Position numbers and translations under genes: made by a program. From a bacterium (GTDB taxonomy: Bacteria; UBA8248), in assembly GCA_965200245.1 (NCBI GenBank), contig CBDATS010000004.1, forward strand, positions 128,001 through 192,000: a stretch of DNA of 64,000 nucleotides, given 5' to 3'. Shown piece after piece: positions 42,948 through 53,493 of the stretch. Position 1 is the first letter of the stretch, and each line of letters begins with the position of its first letter. The notes under the pieces were generated by a model. It made no database searches. It was not told the DNA's origin and saw only the letters and a program-made list of their open reading frames with translations.

Positions 42948-43937
42948 TCAATTCCATTCGACCAAAGTCGCCCCCCAAGTGAGGCCTCCGCCGAAAGCAG
43001 CCATGAGGACATTATCTCCGCTTTGAATTTTTCCTTCTCTCACCGATTCATCCAGCGCAACCGGTATGGTGGCCGCTGACATATTACCGTATTTGTTAAT
43101 CGTGACTACCACCTTATCCATCGACAATTCAAGTCTTTTCGCCACGGCTTCGATAATCCGCAAATTCGCCTGATGCGGTATGAACAAATCCACGTCATCC
43201 AGCGTGAGACCGCTTTTTTCAAGCGTTTCCTTACAGACTTCAAGAAAATAGCGTACAGCCGTCTTGAACGTCTCCTGCCCTTTCATCTGCAGTAAATGCT
43301 CTTTGTTGTGCACATCGTCCGCCGTGATCGGGGCGAACCGGGAACCGCCGCCCGGAACCAGTATCAGCTCACCGCTATTCCCGTCGCTGTAAACCCTCGA
43401 ATCCATGATGCCTCTGCATCCGTTCTCAGACGCCCCCACGACGACGGCACCCGCACCATCTCCCCAGAGGACGCAAGTACCCCTGTCTTCCCAGTTCGTC
43501 ATCCGCGTCATAACATCGGCGGAAACGAGTAGCACTTTCTTCATTATGCCCGAACGGATATAGGCGTCGGCAGCCTGAAGACCGTAGACGAAACCCGTGC
43601 ACGCCGCATTCAAGTCGAACGCCGCGGCCTTATCCGCGCCGATGTGTGACTGCAGCCAGCAAGCCGCAGCCGGGCACATCGTGTCCGGTGTGAGGGTGGT
43701 TACAATGATGAGGTCTATTTCCCCGGCTCCGACACCAGCAACTTCTAACGCCTGATTTGCGGCGTGAATCGAAAGGTGGGAAGTCGCTTCGTCGGGATTC
43801 GCCACACGCCGCTCACTGATTCCCGTTCGCTCTTGTATCCACTTGTCGCTGGTGTCGACCATCTTTTCCAACTCGGCGTTCGAGAGAACTCTTTCAGGGA
43901 CATAAGAGCCAGTTCCCAAGATGACGGAATGGGTCAC
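42948..43937 (-). CDS. fabH: 3-oxoacyl-ACP synthase III
   Basis: AACTGF, GDGAGA, PHQANLRI, GNMSAA, FGGGLTWG. Confidence 0.96.
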   Translation of the reverse strand: MTHSVILGTGSYVPERVLSNAELEKMVDTSDKWIQERTGISERRVANPDEATSHLSIHAANQALEVAGVGAGEIDLIIVTTLTPDTMCPAAACWLQSHIGADKAAAFDLNAACTGFVYGLQAADAYIRSGIMKKVLLVSADVMTRMTNWEDRGTCVLWGDGAGAVVVGASENGCRGIMDSRVYSDGNSGELILVPGGGSRFAPITADDVHNKEHLLQMKGQETFKTAVRYFLEVCKETLEKSGLTLDDVDLFIPHQANLRIIEAVAKRLELSMDKVVVTINKYGNMSAATIPVALDESVREGKIQSGDNVLMAAFGGGLTWGATLVEWN

Positions 43938-44019
43938 GATATGATTCCCTATTCGGGCGAGATTACTGCCATTTAAGCGTCATGATCTTAGTCTAAAATT
44001 GGATCAGATATCAAGAAGG

Positions 44020-45129
44020 TCATTTTTCTTCATCGTCGTTCTTTGTTTCTTTTTCTTCTCCCGTCACCCTTTCGTAGAAAATGCCCGTTCGAATCTGGTT
44101 CCACAAACGCCAGCCTACGTCCCCGCTACGCTGAATGGAGATATGCTTGTCAATTTCCTTTTGTATCTTCTCGTTGAGTTCGACCTTGACGATGCTCGCC
44201 GTCGTGCGAATGGCGTTTTTCACGGCCTTTGCGTTGCTGCGACCATGCCCGATTGTGCAAATTCCGCCCAAACCCAGCAAAGGGGCTGCTCCGTATTCGG
44301 AATAATCGGTTCTTTGACGCATGGATTTCAGTCCATTTTGCAAAAACATATATCCAATCTTGCTGCGTATCGATCCGACGATTTGCTCCCTGAGCAGCGT
44401 CGTAAGCATTTCACTGAGACTCTCGCTCACCTTCAAGGCCACGTTGCCCACGAATCCATCACACACGACCACGTCCGTTCCACCCTGAAAAATCGTGCTA
44501 CCTTCCACGTTGCCCACGAAATTCAAATCACTTTTCACGAAAATCTCATGGGCGGCCTTGAGCACTTCGGTTCCCTTGGAATCCTCTCCCCCCACATTCA
44601 ACAAGCCCACTGTAGGCGCGGGCTTCTTGAAGACCTCTTCGGTATACACGGAACCCATGACGCCGAACTGAAACAAGTGCTGCACTCGAGGAGTCAGATT
44701 CGCTCCTACGTCCAGCATTACGGAAAATCCCTTGAGGGTGGGAATCAAGGCAGCAATGGCGGGTCGCTGAACACCCGGCATGCGCTGCAATACGGCCAAA
44801 CCGGTGGCGAAGGCGCCTCCGGTATCGCCCGCGCTGAACACCGCCTGCGCCTCTCCGTCCTTTACCAGTTGAAGCGCAACGCGCATGGAGGAATCCGGCT
44901 TGGATTTCAACGATTTGGTGGGAGATTCTCCCATGGCGATGACCTGGCTCGCCGGGCGAATCTCGAATATGTCCTTGGAGGCCCCGTGACGCGCGAGTTC
45001 TGCTTCGATTTGCTCCGGCTCACCCACCAGAACAGATTCGATACCCTCTTCCCAGTGAGCGTCCAACGCTCCTTCTATAATTGCCGAAGGCGCGTTGTCT
45101 CCACCCATGGCGTCTACCGCTATTTTCAT
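44020..45129 (-). CDS. plsX: Phosphate acyltransferase
   Basis: IAVDAMGGD, RPAI, LDVGAN, VVCDGFVGN, GHGRS. Confidence 0.95.
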   Translation of the reverse strand: MKIAVDAMGGDNAPSAIIEGALDAHWEEGIESVLVGEPEQIEAELARHGASKDIFEIRPASQVIAMGESPTKSLKSKPDSSMRVALQLVKDGEAQAVFSAGDTGGAFATGLAVLQRMPGVQRPAIAALIPTLKGFSVMLDVGANLTPRVQHLFQFGVMGSVYTEEVFKKPAPTVGLLNVGGEDSKGTEVLKAAHEIFVKSDLNFVGNVEGSTIFQGGTDVVVCDGFVGNVALKVSESLSEMLTTLLREQIVGSIRSKIGYMFLQNGLKSMRQRTDYSEYGAAPLLGLGGICTIGHGRSNAKAVKNAIRTTASIVKVELNEKIQKEIDKHISIQRSGDVGWRLWNQIRTGIFYERVTGEEKETKNDDEEK

Positions 45130-45148
45130 CGTCTCTTCCCGCGGTGTC

Positions 45149-45328
45149 TTATTCCTTCACGTCCAGAACTTTCTGGCCTTTGTAGTATCCACAAATATTG
45201 CATACCCGGTGTGGCAGCACCGGATTGTTGCAGTTCGGACAAACCGCTATCGACGGTTTCGCCACTTTGTAGTGCGTTCTTCGCTTACGGCCTCGCGACT
45301 GCGAATGCCGACGTTTGGGAAGTCCCAC
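45149..45328 (-). CDS. rpmF: 50S ribosomal protein L32 (Zn-ribbon form; below the ORF-track length cut-off)
   Basis: Manual translation MGLPKRRHSQSRGRKRRTHYKVAKPSIAVCPNCNNPVLPHRVCNICGYYKGQKVLDVKE*; AAGGAG RBS; canonical position. Confidence 0.95.
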   Translation of the reverse strand: MGLPKRRHSQSRGRKRRTHYKVAKPSIAVCPNCNNPVLPHRVCNICGYYKGQKVLDVKE

Positions 45329-45487
45329 AGCACTTTACTCCTTTCAAAAGATACGTCTCATGCGACAATATTTCTTCCGGCGATAGTTCAACCCCACACC
45401 AACAGTTGGAATCACCATATGATATCATATTTTCCGGCATATATTTCGAGTTCCGGATTCATCGCACATAATCTACTATCCGGAACA

Positions 45488-46024
45488 TCACGCAAAATCC
45501 TGCGGTTTCCAGCCCTTGAGCGGCCCCCACCGCGGATCAGGCTCTGCCCCCACACCGACAGATACGCCCTCATCAAGCTTTCGACAAGTTTCGGGCATTT
45601 CTCCGAGACACTTTTCAGGACACCTTGGCTGTATGGGAATCGCCAACACGATTTCATCACGAACAGGCGTTGTCATATCCACCGTTTCATTTTCGACGTA
45701 TGCGACATCAAGGTCTTCTTCGTTTAGCTCGAATTCACCTTCTGCGCCGGAACCCTGTGGCATTTGCGAAAAATAGACGGCCAAAGGCTCATCAAAGGTA
45801 AACGGAAATTCCGCCAGTCCAAGAGAGCATTCCAACAATAACCGACCACTCAGTCGACCCCGGAAACTCACCTCGTGATTTCCCTGCCGCTCGAATCTTC
45901 CGGCAAGTTGCAACCCGGAAGCCTTGAGCCAGACTTCCTTCAAATCATCCAGTTCCAATTCCAGAGAAATTTCCAGGCCCTCGGCCGGGACCTGGGCGAG
46001 AGAAAATTCAAGGATATTCCCCAT
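45488..46024 (-). CDS. YceD/DUF177 family protein
   Basis: ECSLGL, VRDEIVLAIP..P.C...C.G, DPRWGPL; lies upstream of rpmF. Confidence 0.88.
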   Translation of the reverse strand: MGNILEFSLAQVPAEGLEISLELELDDLKEVWLKASGLQLAGRFERQGNHEVSFRGRLSGRLLLECSLGLAEFPFTFDEPLAVYFSQMPQGSGAEGEFELNEEDLDVAYVENETVDMTTPVRDEIVLAIPIQPRCPEKCLGEMPETCRKLDEGVSVGVGAEPDPRWGPLKGWKPQDFA

Positions 46025-46213
46025 ATCGTTTCCCCGCAGGAGGTGTTCCACAAGATGCAAGAGCGCCCCGATTATCACGACATGGCGCACTCGAACCTCC
46101 CTGTGTCTGGATTCGGAATATAGGGAGGCGACGGGATCGTGTCAAACAACAAAGCGGGTGGGAGAACCGGGAATTTCCATATTTCGTTGCACTCAGGCAC
46201 ATCGCGCTATGAA

Positions 46214-47173
46214 TCAGCGATTCCAGGGGTTCGGGAGCAGTAACTCCAGAAGTCTCCCTTCCCGAACGCCGCCGGTAGACACGCCAAACTCTTGCTTTCG
46301 ACCCCACCGCAACAGCGCACGCACGACGATGAGGCCAGCGAGCGCAACATCTTCACGCCCCGGCTCGAAACCGTCAAGTCCTCGCCTCTGTTCGTAAGTT
46401 AACCCTGCGAACCGCCCGACCCATTCCTCGAAGCAAGAACTCGGCAGCGAGAACCCATCCACGCGCCCGCCAGGCGGGACACCCTCACTCAAAAACCAGG
46501 CCAGCGCCACAACGCCCCCGCAGCCAATAAAAGGGATTTCCGCCGGTACCGCCTGGGCGAAACCAATATCCGCCAGCATCGCATCCACAGCCTCCGAGCA
46601 GGCCTGCACCTGCGCAACAGGCGTCGGCATCGTTTTGAGGTAACGCTCCGTCAGATAGACTACCCCGGCGGGAAGGCTCACCATCTCCAGAACCTCGCCA
46701 CCCGCGGAAATGATGACTTCGAGGCTTCCTCCGCCGATGTCGAACACAAAGGCGCGTTCGGGTTTATTATTCAGCGTGGCGAAAACGCCCGCCAACGTCA
46801 GCCTCGCCTCTTCCTCGGGTGAAATCACGCGCATTACAATACCCTGCCGAGAGGCACGCTCAAGAAACACGTCGGCATTCTGCGCCTCACGCAACGCGCT
46901 CGTCGCCACGGCGTCAACGAAATGGACGTGATGCTCCCGAATGATTCGGGCAAATCGTGAAAGGCAGGCGAGCCCTCTCTGCATGGCATTCTCGGAAAGC
47001 ATCCCCGTTTCGCAGACACCCTCGCCCAAGCGAATCAACTCGCGCCAGCGGCCCCGCGATTCGAGCTTGCCGGTTTCATCGAGTGTAGCGAGTGCCAGAC
47101 GTGCCGCGTTCGTGCCCAAGTCCACCACGGCGGCCAGAGGATCCGACAGATCGGCTCGATATCGTTCAGACAT
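46214..47173 (-). CDS. Ppx/GppA family phosphatase (short form)
   Basis: VDLGTN, RLGEG, ATSALREAQN, EEA, DIGGGSLE, GVREG. Confidence 0.88.
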   Translation of the reverse strand: MSERYRADLSDPLAAVVDLGTNAARLALATLDETGKLESRGRWRELIRLGEGVCETGMLSENAMQRGLACLSRFARIIREHHVHFVDAVATSALREAQNADVFLERASRQGIVMRVISPEEEARLTLAGVFATLNNKPERAFVFDIGGGSLEVIISAGGEVLEMVSLPAGVVYLTERYLKTMPTPVAQVQACSEAVDAMLADIGFAQAVPAEIPFIGCGGVVALAWFLSEGVPPGGRVDGFSLPSSCFEEWVGRFAGLTYEQRRGLDGFEPGREDVALAGLIVVRALLRWGRKQEFGVSTGGVREGRLLELLLPNPWNR

Positions 47174-47197
47174 GAAAAAAACGGCTTTTCGAAGGGA

Positions 47198-47707
47198 TCA
47201 TGTATTTCTGAATCGTTCCTTGTTGTGCATGTAGGAGACGGCCGTGTTCCTGAAGCGCTCTCTTTCTTCATCATCAAGATCGCGAACATATCTCGCAGGC
47301 GCTCCCAGCCAGAGGGTTCCGGGAGCAATCACCTTGTTCTCGGGCACGACGGCGCCTGCCCCGACGACGGCACCCTCGCCCACCTCTACGTTATTCAAAA
47401 CGATGGCTCCCATCGCTATCAGGGCACCGTCCCCCACCCGACAACCATGTACGATGGCCATGTGACCCACGGAAACGTCGTCTCCCAGCACGCAATCATA
47501 CTTCCCGCCCTCAATGTGCAGGATTGAGCCGTCCTGAATGTTGGTGCGCTTCCCCACGCGGATAGGCATGTGGTCCCCGCGCAGAACACAGTTGTACCAA
47601 ACACTACTGTGTTCCCCGATTTCCACGTCCCCGATGACAACGGCGGTCTCTGCCATCCAGGCGGTTTCATGGATTTTAGGTAGCATTCCCTCAAAGGGAA
47701 TCAACAT
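47198..47707 (-). CDS. Gamma-carbonic anhydrase family protein
   Basis: Hexapeptide repeats, VLRGD, TNIQD..ILH, GH...HGC. Confidence 0.9.
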   Translation of the reverse strand: MLIPFEGMLPKIHETAWMAETAVVIGDVEIGEHSSVWYNCVLRGDHMPIRVGKRTNIQDGSILHIEGGKYDCVLGDDVSVGHMAIVHGCRVGDGALIAMGAIVLNNVEVGEGAVVGAGAVVPENKVIAPGTLWLGAPARYVRDLDDEERERFRNTAVSYMHNKERFRNT

Positions 47708-47739
47708 GAGCACCCTCTCCCAGGTTTCGCTTCCGGTTT

Positions 47740-49227
47740 CTAAAGAGGTGACGTTCGCTTTTCCACTTCGCCTGGCATTGGTTCGTGGGCAGCGGGTGAG
47801 ATTCGAACTTCCTTCAGCAGAGGCAAATTGTCAAACATCGTTCGCCGCTCATCCAAAATCTTCTTGAAAGCCGCTCGCAGCGAACGGGGAAGCGGCATAC
47901 CTTTGGGGAGTTTCGCCTTCAAGGGGTTCAAATACCGTCCCCGGCGAGTAATCCGGTAATCCAGATGAGGGCCTGTGGACAGTCCCGTGGAACCCACGTA
48001 GCCGATTACCTGGCCCTGGAAGACCCGCCTCCCCTTTCGCATCCCGCTCGCATATCGATACAAGTGAAGGTAGGAGGTCCGGTAGCCACCACCGTGGCGT
48101 AGTTTTATGGTTTTGCCGCCCTGTCCCTTGCTGCCCACCCAGGTGGCCACTCCATCGGCAACCGCATGAACAGGCGTCCCCCGGGGTGCTGCGTAATCCA
48201 CGCCGAAATGCGGGCGATAGCGCTTGAGCAGCGGATGAAAGCGCTTCTTCGTGAAACGCGAACTGATTCGCGTGTATCGCAACGGAGAGCGTAAAAAGGC
48301 GCGCCTCAGGGATTCGCCCTTGAAGCTGTAATATCTGCCACCTGCGCGCTCGAAATACGCCGCTGTGTGACGCCTGCCTCCTACAGTGAACCTGACTGCC
48401 AGAATCTTCCCGTAGCCGGCGAATTCGCCCCTGAGACGTTTGCGCTCGACCAGGACTTCCACCTGATCCCCTTTTTGCAAATCCTTATGAAAATCAATGA
48501 CGTATGCAAAAATATCGTCCAGTTTGTTCACCAGCACAGGAGCTCCTCCACCATCTACGATGGCCTGATGCAAGGAGTCGCGGATCTGGGATTGAATGCG
48601 GACGACATCGACGCGATAGGGAATGGGCTCTTTTCTGGCCGTAAGTTTTCCGCCTGGGGCTCGCAAGATCCTGAGCCGCTTCTCCTTGTCGATCTGAAAA
48701 ACGAACTCGTGAAACTCGCCATCTTTTTTCTTCACTTCATATCGACGACCCGTTCGGATGCGCGAGAAAATTCGTTTTTCCCGAACACTCTCCAGTATTT
48801 TCTGAATTACGGAATGCCGCACCTTGCGCGCCAACAACACTCCGATGACGGTGTCGTCTTTGGCGAATTTCCCCACTTCCGTGGCCAATCCATCCTTCTT
48901 CGGACTGGAAGCGACTTCCTCCATGGTATTTTCTTCAGGTTTCTCAAGCGCCTGCCCTTGAACTTTTCGATTAGGTTGAGTACCCGGAGCATCTTTACTT
49001 TTGTGCCCTCGTTCGCTTCGGGCTGAAACAGAAGCCGAGGGAGATTTCAGAAGTGAATCAGGTGAAGGAGGCATGACGGATCGTACATACAGGGCCACAC
49101 CGATGACGAGCATCAACGATACACCCGTCACAGTAAACTTCCCGGAGTTGTTGCCGGATTTCAGTGCCGAGAAAAGTCGCCTCGCGAATTGCACGAACTT
49201 ACCGCGCATCACAATTCCTTCGGACAC
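47740..49227 (-). CDS. M23 (MepM-like) peptidoglycan endopeptidase
   Basis: HFGVDYAA, YLHL, GSTGLSTGPHLDY; N-terminal TM. Confidence 0.9.
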   Translation of the reverse strand: MSEGIVMRGKFVQFARRLFSALKSGNNSGKFTVTGVSLMLVIGVALYVRSVMPPSPDSLLKSPSASVSARSERGHKSKDAPGTQPNRKVQGQALEKPEENTMEEVASSPKKDGLATEVGKFAKDDTVIGVLLARKVRHSVIQKILESVREKRIFSRIRTGRRYEVKKKDGEFHEFVFQIDKEKRLRILRAPGGKLTARKEPIPYRVDVVRIQSQIRDSLHQAIVDGGGAPVLVNKLDDIFAYVIDFHKDLQKGDQVEVLVERKRLRGEFAGYGKILAVRFTVGGRRHTAAYFERAGGRYYSFKGESLRRAFLRSPLRYTRISSRFTKKRFHPLLKRYRPHFGVDYAAPRGTPVHAVADGVATWVGSKGQGGKTIKLRHGGGYRTSYLHLYRYASGMRKGRRVFQGQVIGYVGSTGLSTGPHLDYRITRRGRYLNPLKAKLPKGMPLPRSLRAAFKKILDERRTMFDNLPLLKEVRISPAAHEPMPGEVEKRTSPL

Positions 49228-49462
49228 GGCGGGCGGAAATCACCAAAAACCGACAGGTACGGGAAATACCTCATGTTACTTATTAACTGCTAATATACCA
49301 GATTCTCCGAATATTTCAACCCATTATTAGTATAGCTACATTATTGGAGAATCGGATCCTGAAAAAAAAAACAGGAAGGAGGTCTTTCAATCCTGTATGC
49401 CTGACCCAGATACTCATGAACTATAGTTCCCTGTTCTTCAGAAATTCGACCATGCCCACGCG

Positions 49463-50725
49463 TCACGTCAGCGGGTCGAGTCCGAGCACCGCGCGGCGCA
49501 CGAGTTCCATCCCGTAGATAGGCGCACGCGACTGCACGAACTGCTCGTTCCCTCCGAAGCTCGACGTGAAGGTGAACACGTCGCTCCCAGTGTGGAGCGC
49601 CATGTGAGTGGGGCCCAGCGCGGGCGCGCGTCGGGAGTTTTCCGGTTCGATGTTCTCGGGCGGGTTAGGGCCGAAGACGGCAAGACCCAGGCCGGCGTCG
49701 GATTCTTCGCGCACACGCCGAGCAAGTTCCCTGGCAAAGCTCTCGGGGGGTTCGCTCGCATCCACACCGAACATGCGCGCAAGTTCCTCTGAATGCAAGC
49801 CGACGACGCCGCGCTTCAGGAACTGCACGCGCTCGGGCCATGCGTTCAGCCTCTGGATCAAGGCCCCGCCGGTGTTCGATTCCACAATGGCGATGGTATT
49901 TCCGCTTTCGGCCAGCACACGCGCCAGCGTCTCCTCAAGCGTCGCGTTGCCCGTCGCGTAAACGGCGGAACCCAGAATCTCGCGCACCTTGACCTCCAGG
50001 CCCGCAATCATGTCGTCCGCCTCCTCGATGTTCGCGGCTCGCGCGGTGATCCGTACATCCACCTGGCCGGGATGGGCGAGCACACCGATGCTTGGATTGA
50101 TCGACTCACGAAACAGATCCGATATCATCTCGTCCACCCGCGATTCGCCGAGGCCACACGTCTTGAGAACTTTCGTGCGGATGACTTCGCCAAGGTCGAA
50201 CCTCTCCTGCAGGATGGGCACCGCGCACTGGGTGATGATGTAGCGCATCTCGTGCGGCACGCCCGGGCTCACGATGATGACACCTTTCTCATCCTCGCAC
50301 ATGAAACACGGTGCCGTGCCGCGCGGGTTCTCGATGGGCGTGGCCCCCGTAGGAATGAAAGCCTGTTTCCTGTTGTTCTCGCTCATGTGGAAACCACGCC
50401 GGCTGAAATAGGCGCTGATGTAATCGTACAAATCCTGGCGAAACTCAAGCTCTACACCCATCACCTTGGCACAGGCCTCTCGCGTCAAATCGTCCACCGT
50501 GGGGCCAAGTCCACCCGTGGTGATGACCACCTGGGAACGATCGTGCGCCTGGCCGATGACGCCTGCGATTCTGTCCAGATTGTCGCCGACGGTGGTCTTG
50601 TAATACATGTTGACGCCTATCGACTTGAGCTGGTTCGCGATGAAGGCACTGTTGGTATCAATGAGGTCGCCGAGTAGCATCTCGGTGCCGATGGCGACGA
50701 TTTCGCCGAGAATGGGTTCTGCCAT
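49463..50725 (-). CDS. cinA: CinA family protein (MocF-like domain plus degenerate PncC domain)
   Basis: GTEMLLG...DTN, VGDN, GGLGPTVDDLT, PGVPHEM, ESNTGG. Confidence 0.88.
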   Translation of the reverse strand: MAEPILGEIVAIGTEMLLGDLIDTNSAFIANQLKSIGVNMYYKTTVGDNLDRIAGVIGQAHDRSQVVITTGGLGPTVDDLTREACAKVMGVELEFRQDLYDYISAYFSRRGFHMSENNRKQAFIPTGATPIENPRGTAPCFMCEDEKGVIIVSPGVPHEMRYIITQCAVPILQERFDLGEVIRTKVLKTCGLGESRVDEMISDLFRESINPSIGVLAHPGQVDVRITARAANIEEADDMIAGLEVKVREILGSAVYATGNATLEETLARVLAESGNTIAIVESNTGGALIQRLNAWPERVQFLKRGVVGLHSEELARMFGVDASEPPESFARELARRVREESDAGLGLAVFGPNPPENIEPENSRRAPALGPTHMALHTGSDVFTFTSSFGGNEQFVQSRAPIYGMELVRRAVLGLDPLT

Positions 50726-50804
50726 GAATGGTTCCTTTATGTCGAAAACCAGAATGTGATGAGTTGCATATTAGGCAAGCACTCCCTTATCGACAAGGGG
50801 GGAC

Positions 50805-51536
50805 TCAAGGCAACTTCACAAGCCCCGCGAGAGCGAGCCAGCGCTCGAACCAACGCGTTGCGCGCTGGCTCAAGGTCTCGAGATACGTCGGCGCATCGTT
50901 CAGTATCGCCAGCGGGTCCGCATCCGAGCGCGGGGAATGCATGTCGCCTGCGAACGCATCCAGCCATTTGGATATGTCCTCGATCCCGATCTCCAGATGG
51001 AACTGAAAGGCGTATGCGCGTTCGCCCCACCGGAACGCTTGATTGGGGTAGCGAGCGGATGAGACCAAGTGCACCGCTCCCTGTGGCAAGTCGAATGTAT
51101 CGCCGTGCCACTGAAATACCGGGAACGTCGCCTCTTCATCCTCAAGAAGCGGGTCCCCTTGCGCCCGCGGCGTCAAATCCACCTGAAACCAGCCGATCTC
51201 CTTTTTCCCCTCCCCCGGATACACCCGGGCACCGAGCGCCGCCGCCATAAGCTGCGCGCCCAGACAAAGTCCGTAAACAGGAACGCCTGCACGAATCGCT
51301 TCGCCCAGGAAACGAATCTCATCGGTCAACCAAGAGAATTTCTCCTCTTCGTAAACGCCCATCGGTCCACCCAGGACAACGATGGCTTTTGTGTCTCCCA
51401 AATCCTTGAGCGAACGCGGGAGGTGCTGCCCCTTGTGGAGAGCCAGGTAACGCGAAGGGATGCCGCGCCGCGCGAGCACTTCCTCGAGCAACGAGAGCCT
51501 TTCCACGTCCACATGCTGAAGCGCGAGAATGGACAA
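50805..51536 (-). CDS. Class I glutamine amidotransferase-like protein
   Basis: LGGPMG, GLCLGAQL, QWHGDTF, FQFHLE. Confidence 0.88.
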   Translation of the reverse strand: MSILALQHVDVERLSLLEEVLARRGIPSRYLALHKGQHLPRSLKDLGDTKAIVVLGGPMGVYEEEKFSWLTDEIRFLGEAIRAGVPVYGLCLGAQLMAAALGARVYPGEGKKEIGWFQVDLTPRAQGDPLLEDEEATFPVFQWHGDTFDLPQGAVHLVSSARYPNQAFRWGERAYAFQFHLEIGIEDISKWLDAFAGDMHSPRSDADPLAILNDAPTYLETLSQRATRWFERWLALAGLVKLP

Positions 51537-51559
51537 CCGAATCCCTCTTGCAAGCGGGC

Positions 51560-52327
51560 CTAGAACCCCAGAATCGAAAGTGTGTCCCCGAGATTCTCAA
51601 TCTCGAAATCGGGCGCGCGGCTTCCCTCCGGCAAGGGTGCGGCCTTTCTGTTGAGCCAGGCGCAGGGCATGCCTACACCTTGCGGGCCTTCCACGTCGGC
51701 CTCGAACGTATCGCCCACGAAGAGCACTTCGGCAGGCTTCACACCCAGTGTGTCGGCCACCTTGAGAAACAGCGACGCTGCGGGCTTTCTGAAACCTTCA
51801 TCTTCCGAGATCAAAACCGCATCGAGATACGGCGCAATTCCCATGCGCTCGATAATCCGCTGGGCGGTGGGCGCATGGTCGAAGTTGCTCAAGAGGGCTA
51901 TCGGCAAGCCCGCTACCCTGATTCTCTCCAGAACACCGATACGGTCCACGTCGAAAACGACAGAATTCTCGATGCCGCGCATGTGGGCGTTCAAGGCCGT
52001 CTGGGCTGCCTGTTCCCTCTCGCGCGGTGGAATCGACACCAAGAGCGCCATAAGACGTCGGAAACGGGTTATCGAGCGAACCTCCCTGTATTCCGTATCG
52101 TTGTTGCGCTCGCCCCACACCTCGTTCGAGTTCTGAAGCCAAAGCTGGTGGAAGGCCGGGTAATTCGGCACCGCAAACCCGCCCTCGTAGAGCGCTTCAT
52201 AAGCCGCCCGCGAGGTGGTCTTCTCCTCTTTGCCGTCGATTTCCACCACCGGGAACAGTGTGATGTCGAAATCAACGAGCGTGTCGAACAGATCGAACGC
52301 AACCGCGCGAAAAGAAGCCACAGGCAC
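51560..52327 (-). CDS. HAD-family hydrolase
   Basis: FDLFDTL, LSN, KP, VGD...D. Confidence 0.88.
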   Translation of the reverse strand: MPVASFRAVAFDLFDTLVDFDITLFPVVEIDGKEEKTTSRAAYEALYEGGFAVPNYPAFHQLWLQNSNEVWGERNNDTEYREVRSITRFRRLMALLVSIPPREREQAAQTALNAHMRGIENSVVFDVDRIGVLERIRVAGLPIALLSNFDHAPTAQRIIERMGIAPYLDAVLISEDEGFRKPAASLFLKVADTLGVKPAEVLFVGDTFEADVEGPQGVGMPCAWLNRKAAPLPEGSRAPDFEIENLGDTLSILGF

Positions 52328-52357
52328 TCCTCGTGAAATCAGGGCCTTGTTCAGGGA

Positions 52358-52870
52358 TCAGTCGTAGGTCCCGTCCATGTCCATCTTTCGGTAAGCGCTG
52401 CCGTAAAAAAGAAGCGGGGCGCGCACCTCATCCTCAATCAGGACGCGTGTCACGCGTCCCACGACAATGGTGTGATCTCCGCCCGGAAGCTCTTCGTGCA
52501 GATCGCATTCGAGAACACCCACGTTTCCCGTAAGTAGGGGTGACCCGTTTTCACCGATTTCATGCGGGATGTCAGCGAACTGATCCTCCGCGTCTCTTCC
52601 CTTGCCTGCGAACCAGTCAGAGGTGTTCTTCTGCTCTTCCGCGAGGAAATTGATGGCGAACTTCTTCGCCTCCTGCACAATCTTCAAGCTCGACGCCTTG
52701 TTGTCGTAACACACCAGGACGAGCGGCGGATCGAGTGAGAGGGAAGAAAACGCGTTCGCCGTCATGCCCCGCGCTTCTGTGGACGTTTTCGCGGTGACGA
52801 CGGTGACGCCCGTGGCAAATCGGCCGAGGGCTGTCCTGAATTCTTTCGGATCGATACTCATGTGTGCCAT
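52358..52870 (-). CDS. Flavin reductase family protein
   Basis: FATGVTVVT, SLSLDPPLV, GGDH, PLLF. Confidence 0.92.
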   Translation of the reverse strand: MAHMSIDPKEFRTALGRFATGVTVVTAKTSTEARGMTANAFSSLSLDPPLVLVCYDNKASSLKIVQEAKKFAINFLAEEQKNTSDWFAGKGRDAEDQFADIPHEIGENGSPLLTGNVGVLECDLHEELPGGDHTIVVGRVTRVLIEDEVRAPLLFYGSAYRKMDMDGTYD

Positions 52871-52892
52871 CCCCTAAAGTGAATATCCTGGA

Positions 52893-53493
52893 TTAGTCGG
52901 AATATCTCTTTTTCTGAACGGGTCCTCGCCGTTGCGGAATCTGCGTGTCTCCAGAAAAACGGGTTTGTCGACGGCAGAAAGCTCCACGTCGCAGGCCTGT
53001 TTTCGGGCTTTTCCAAAAATAACGCTTCGTCTCGATCAGCCGGAATTGACACCCATGTTCAGACGTCAGATTCTCTCCGCCGTGTCTTCTCGCCCAAAGC
53101 GCGTCATCATTTATACATTTCCAGCGACAGGCTCGTCGTGTAGTCGCCCGTGCAATGGGTGACGACGAAACCAGCATCCTCCCTGATCCCCACCCGCTTC
53201 ATCAATTTCTGAAAACGATACCCCGTGAAAGCGGTCATCCATCCGGTCCAGCGGGCAACGCAGTGGATGTCACACCTGATCTATACAGTCGGCATCAAGG
53301 GAAACTCCCCGCAGCTGCACTCGAGTTCCTCTTCTATTTCATCGAACGCGCGGAACTTCCACCTTGCGAGATCGAATTCAGGTACCTGCTCACAATGGAG
53401 CAAAGGCCATTGGCCAGTCGTACCCTGGCCCGTCGGAACCCGTTCCCCGTATTTTCCTTCCAACTCATGTCCCTTGGAAAAAAGCACTGTCAT
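52893..53493 (-). pseudogene. Sulfite-oxidase-like (MsrP/YedY-family) molybdopterin oxidoreductase, decayed
   Basis: Motifs spread over several frames: VPTGQ..T..WPLLH, stop, CDIHCVARW, DYTTSLSL, EHG...RL....RYFWKS.K, DKP.FLE...DP. Confidence 0.8.
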
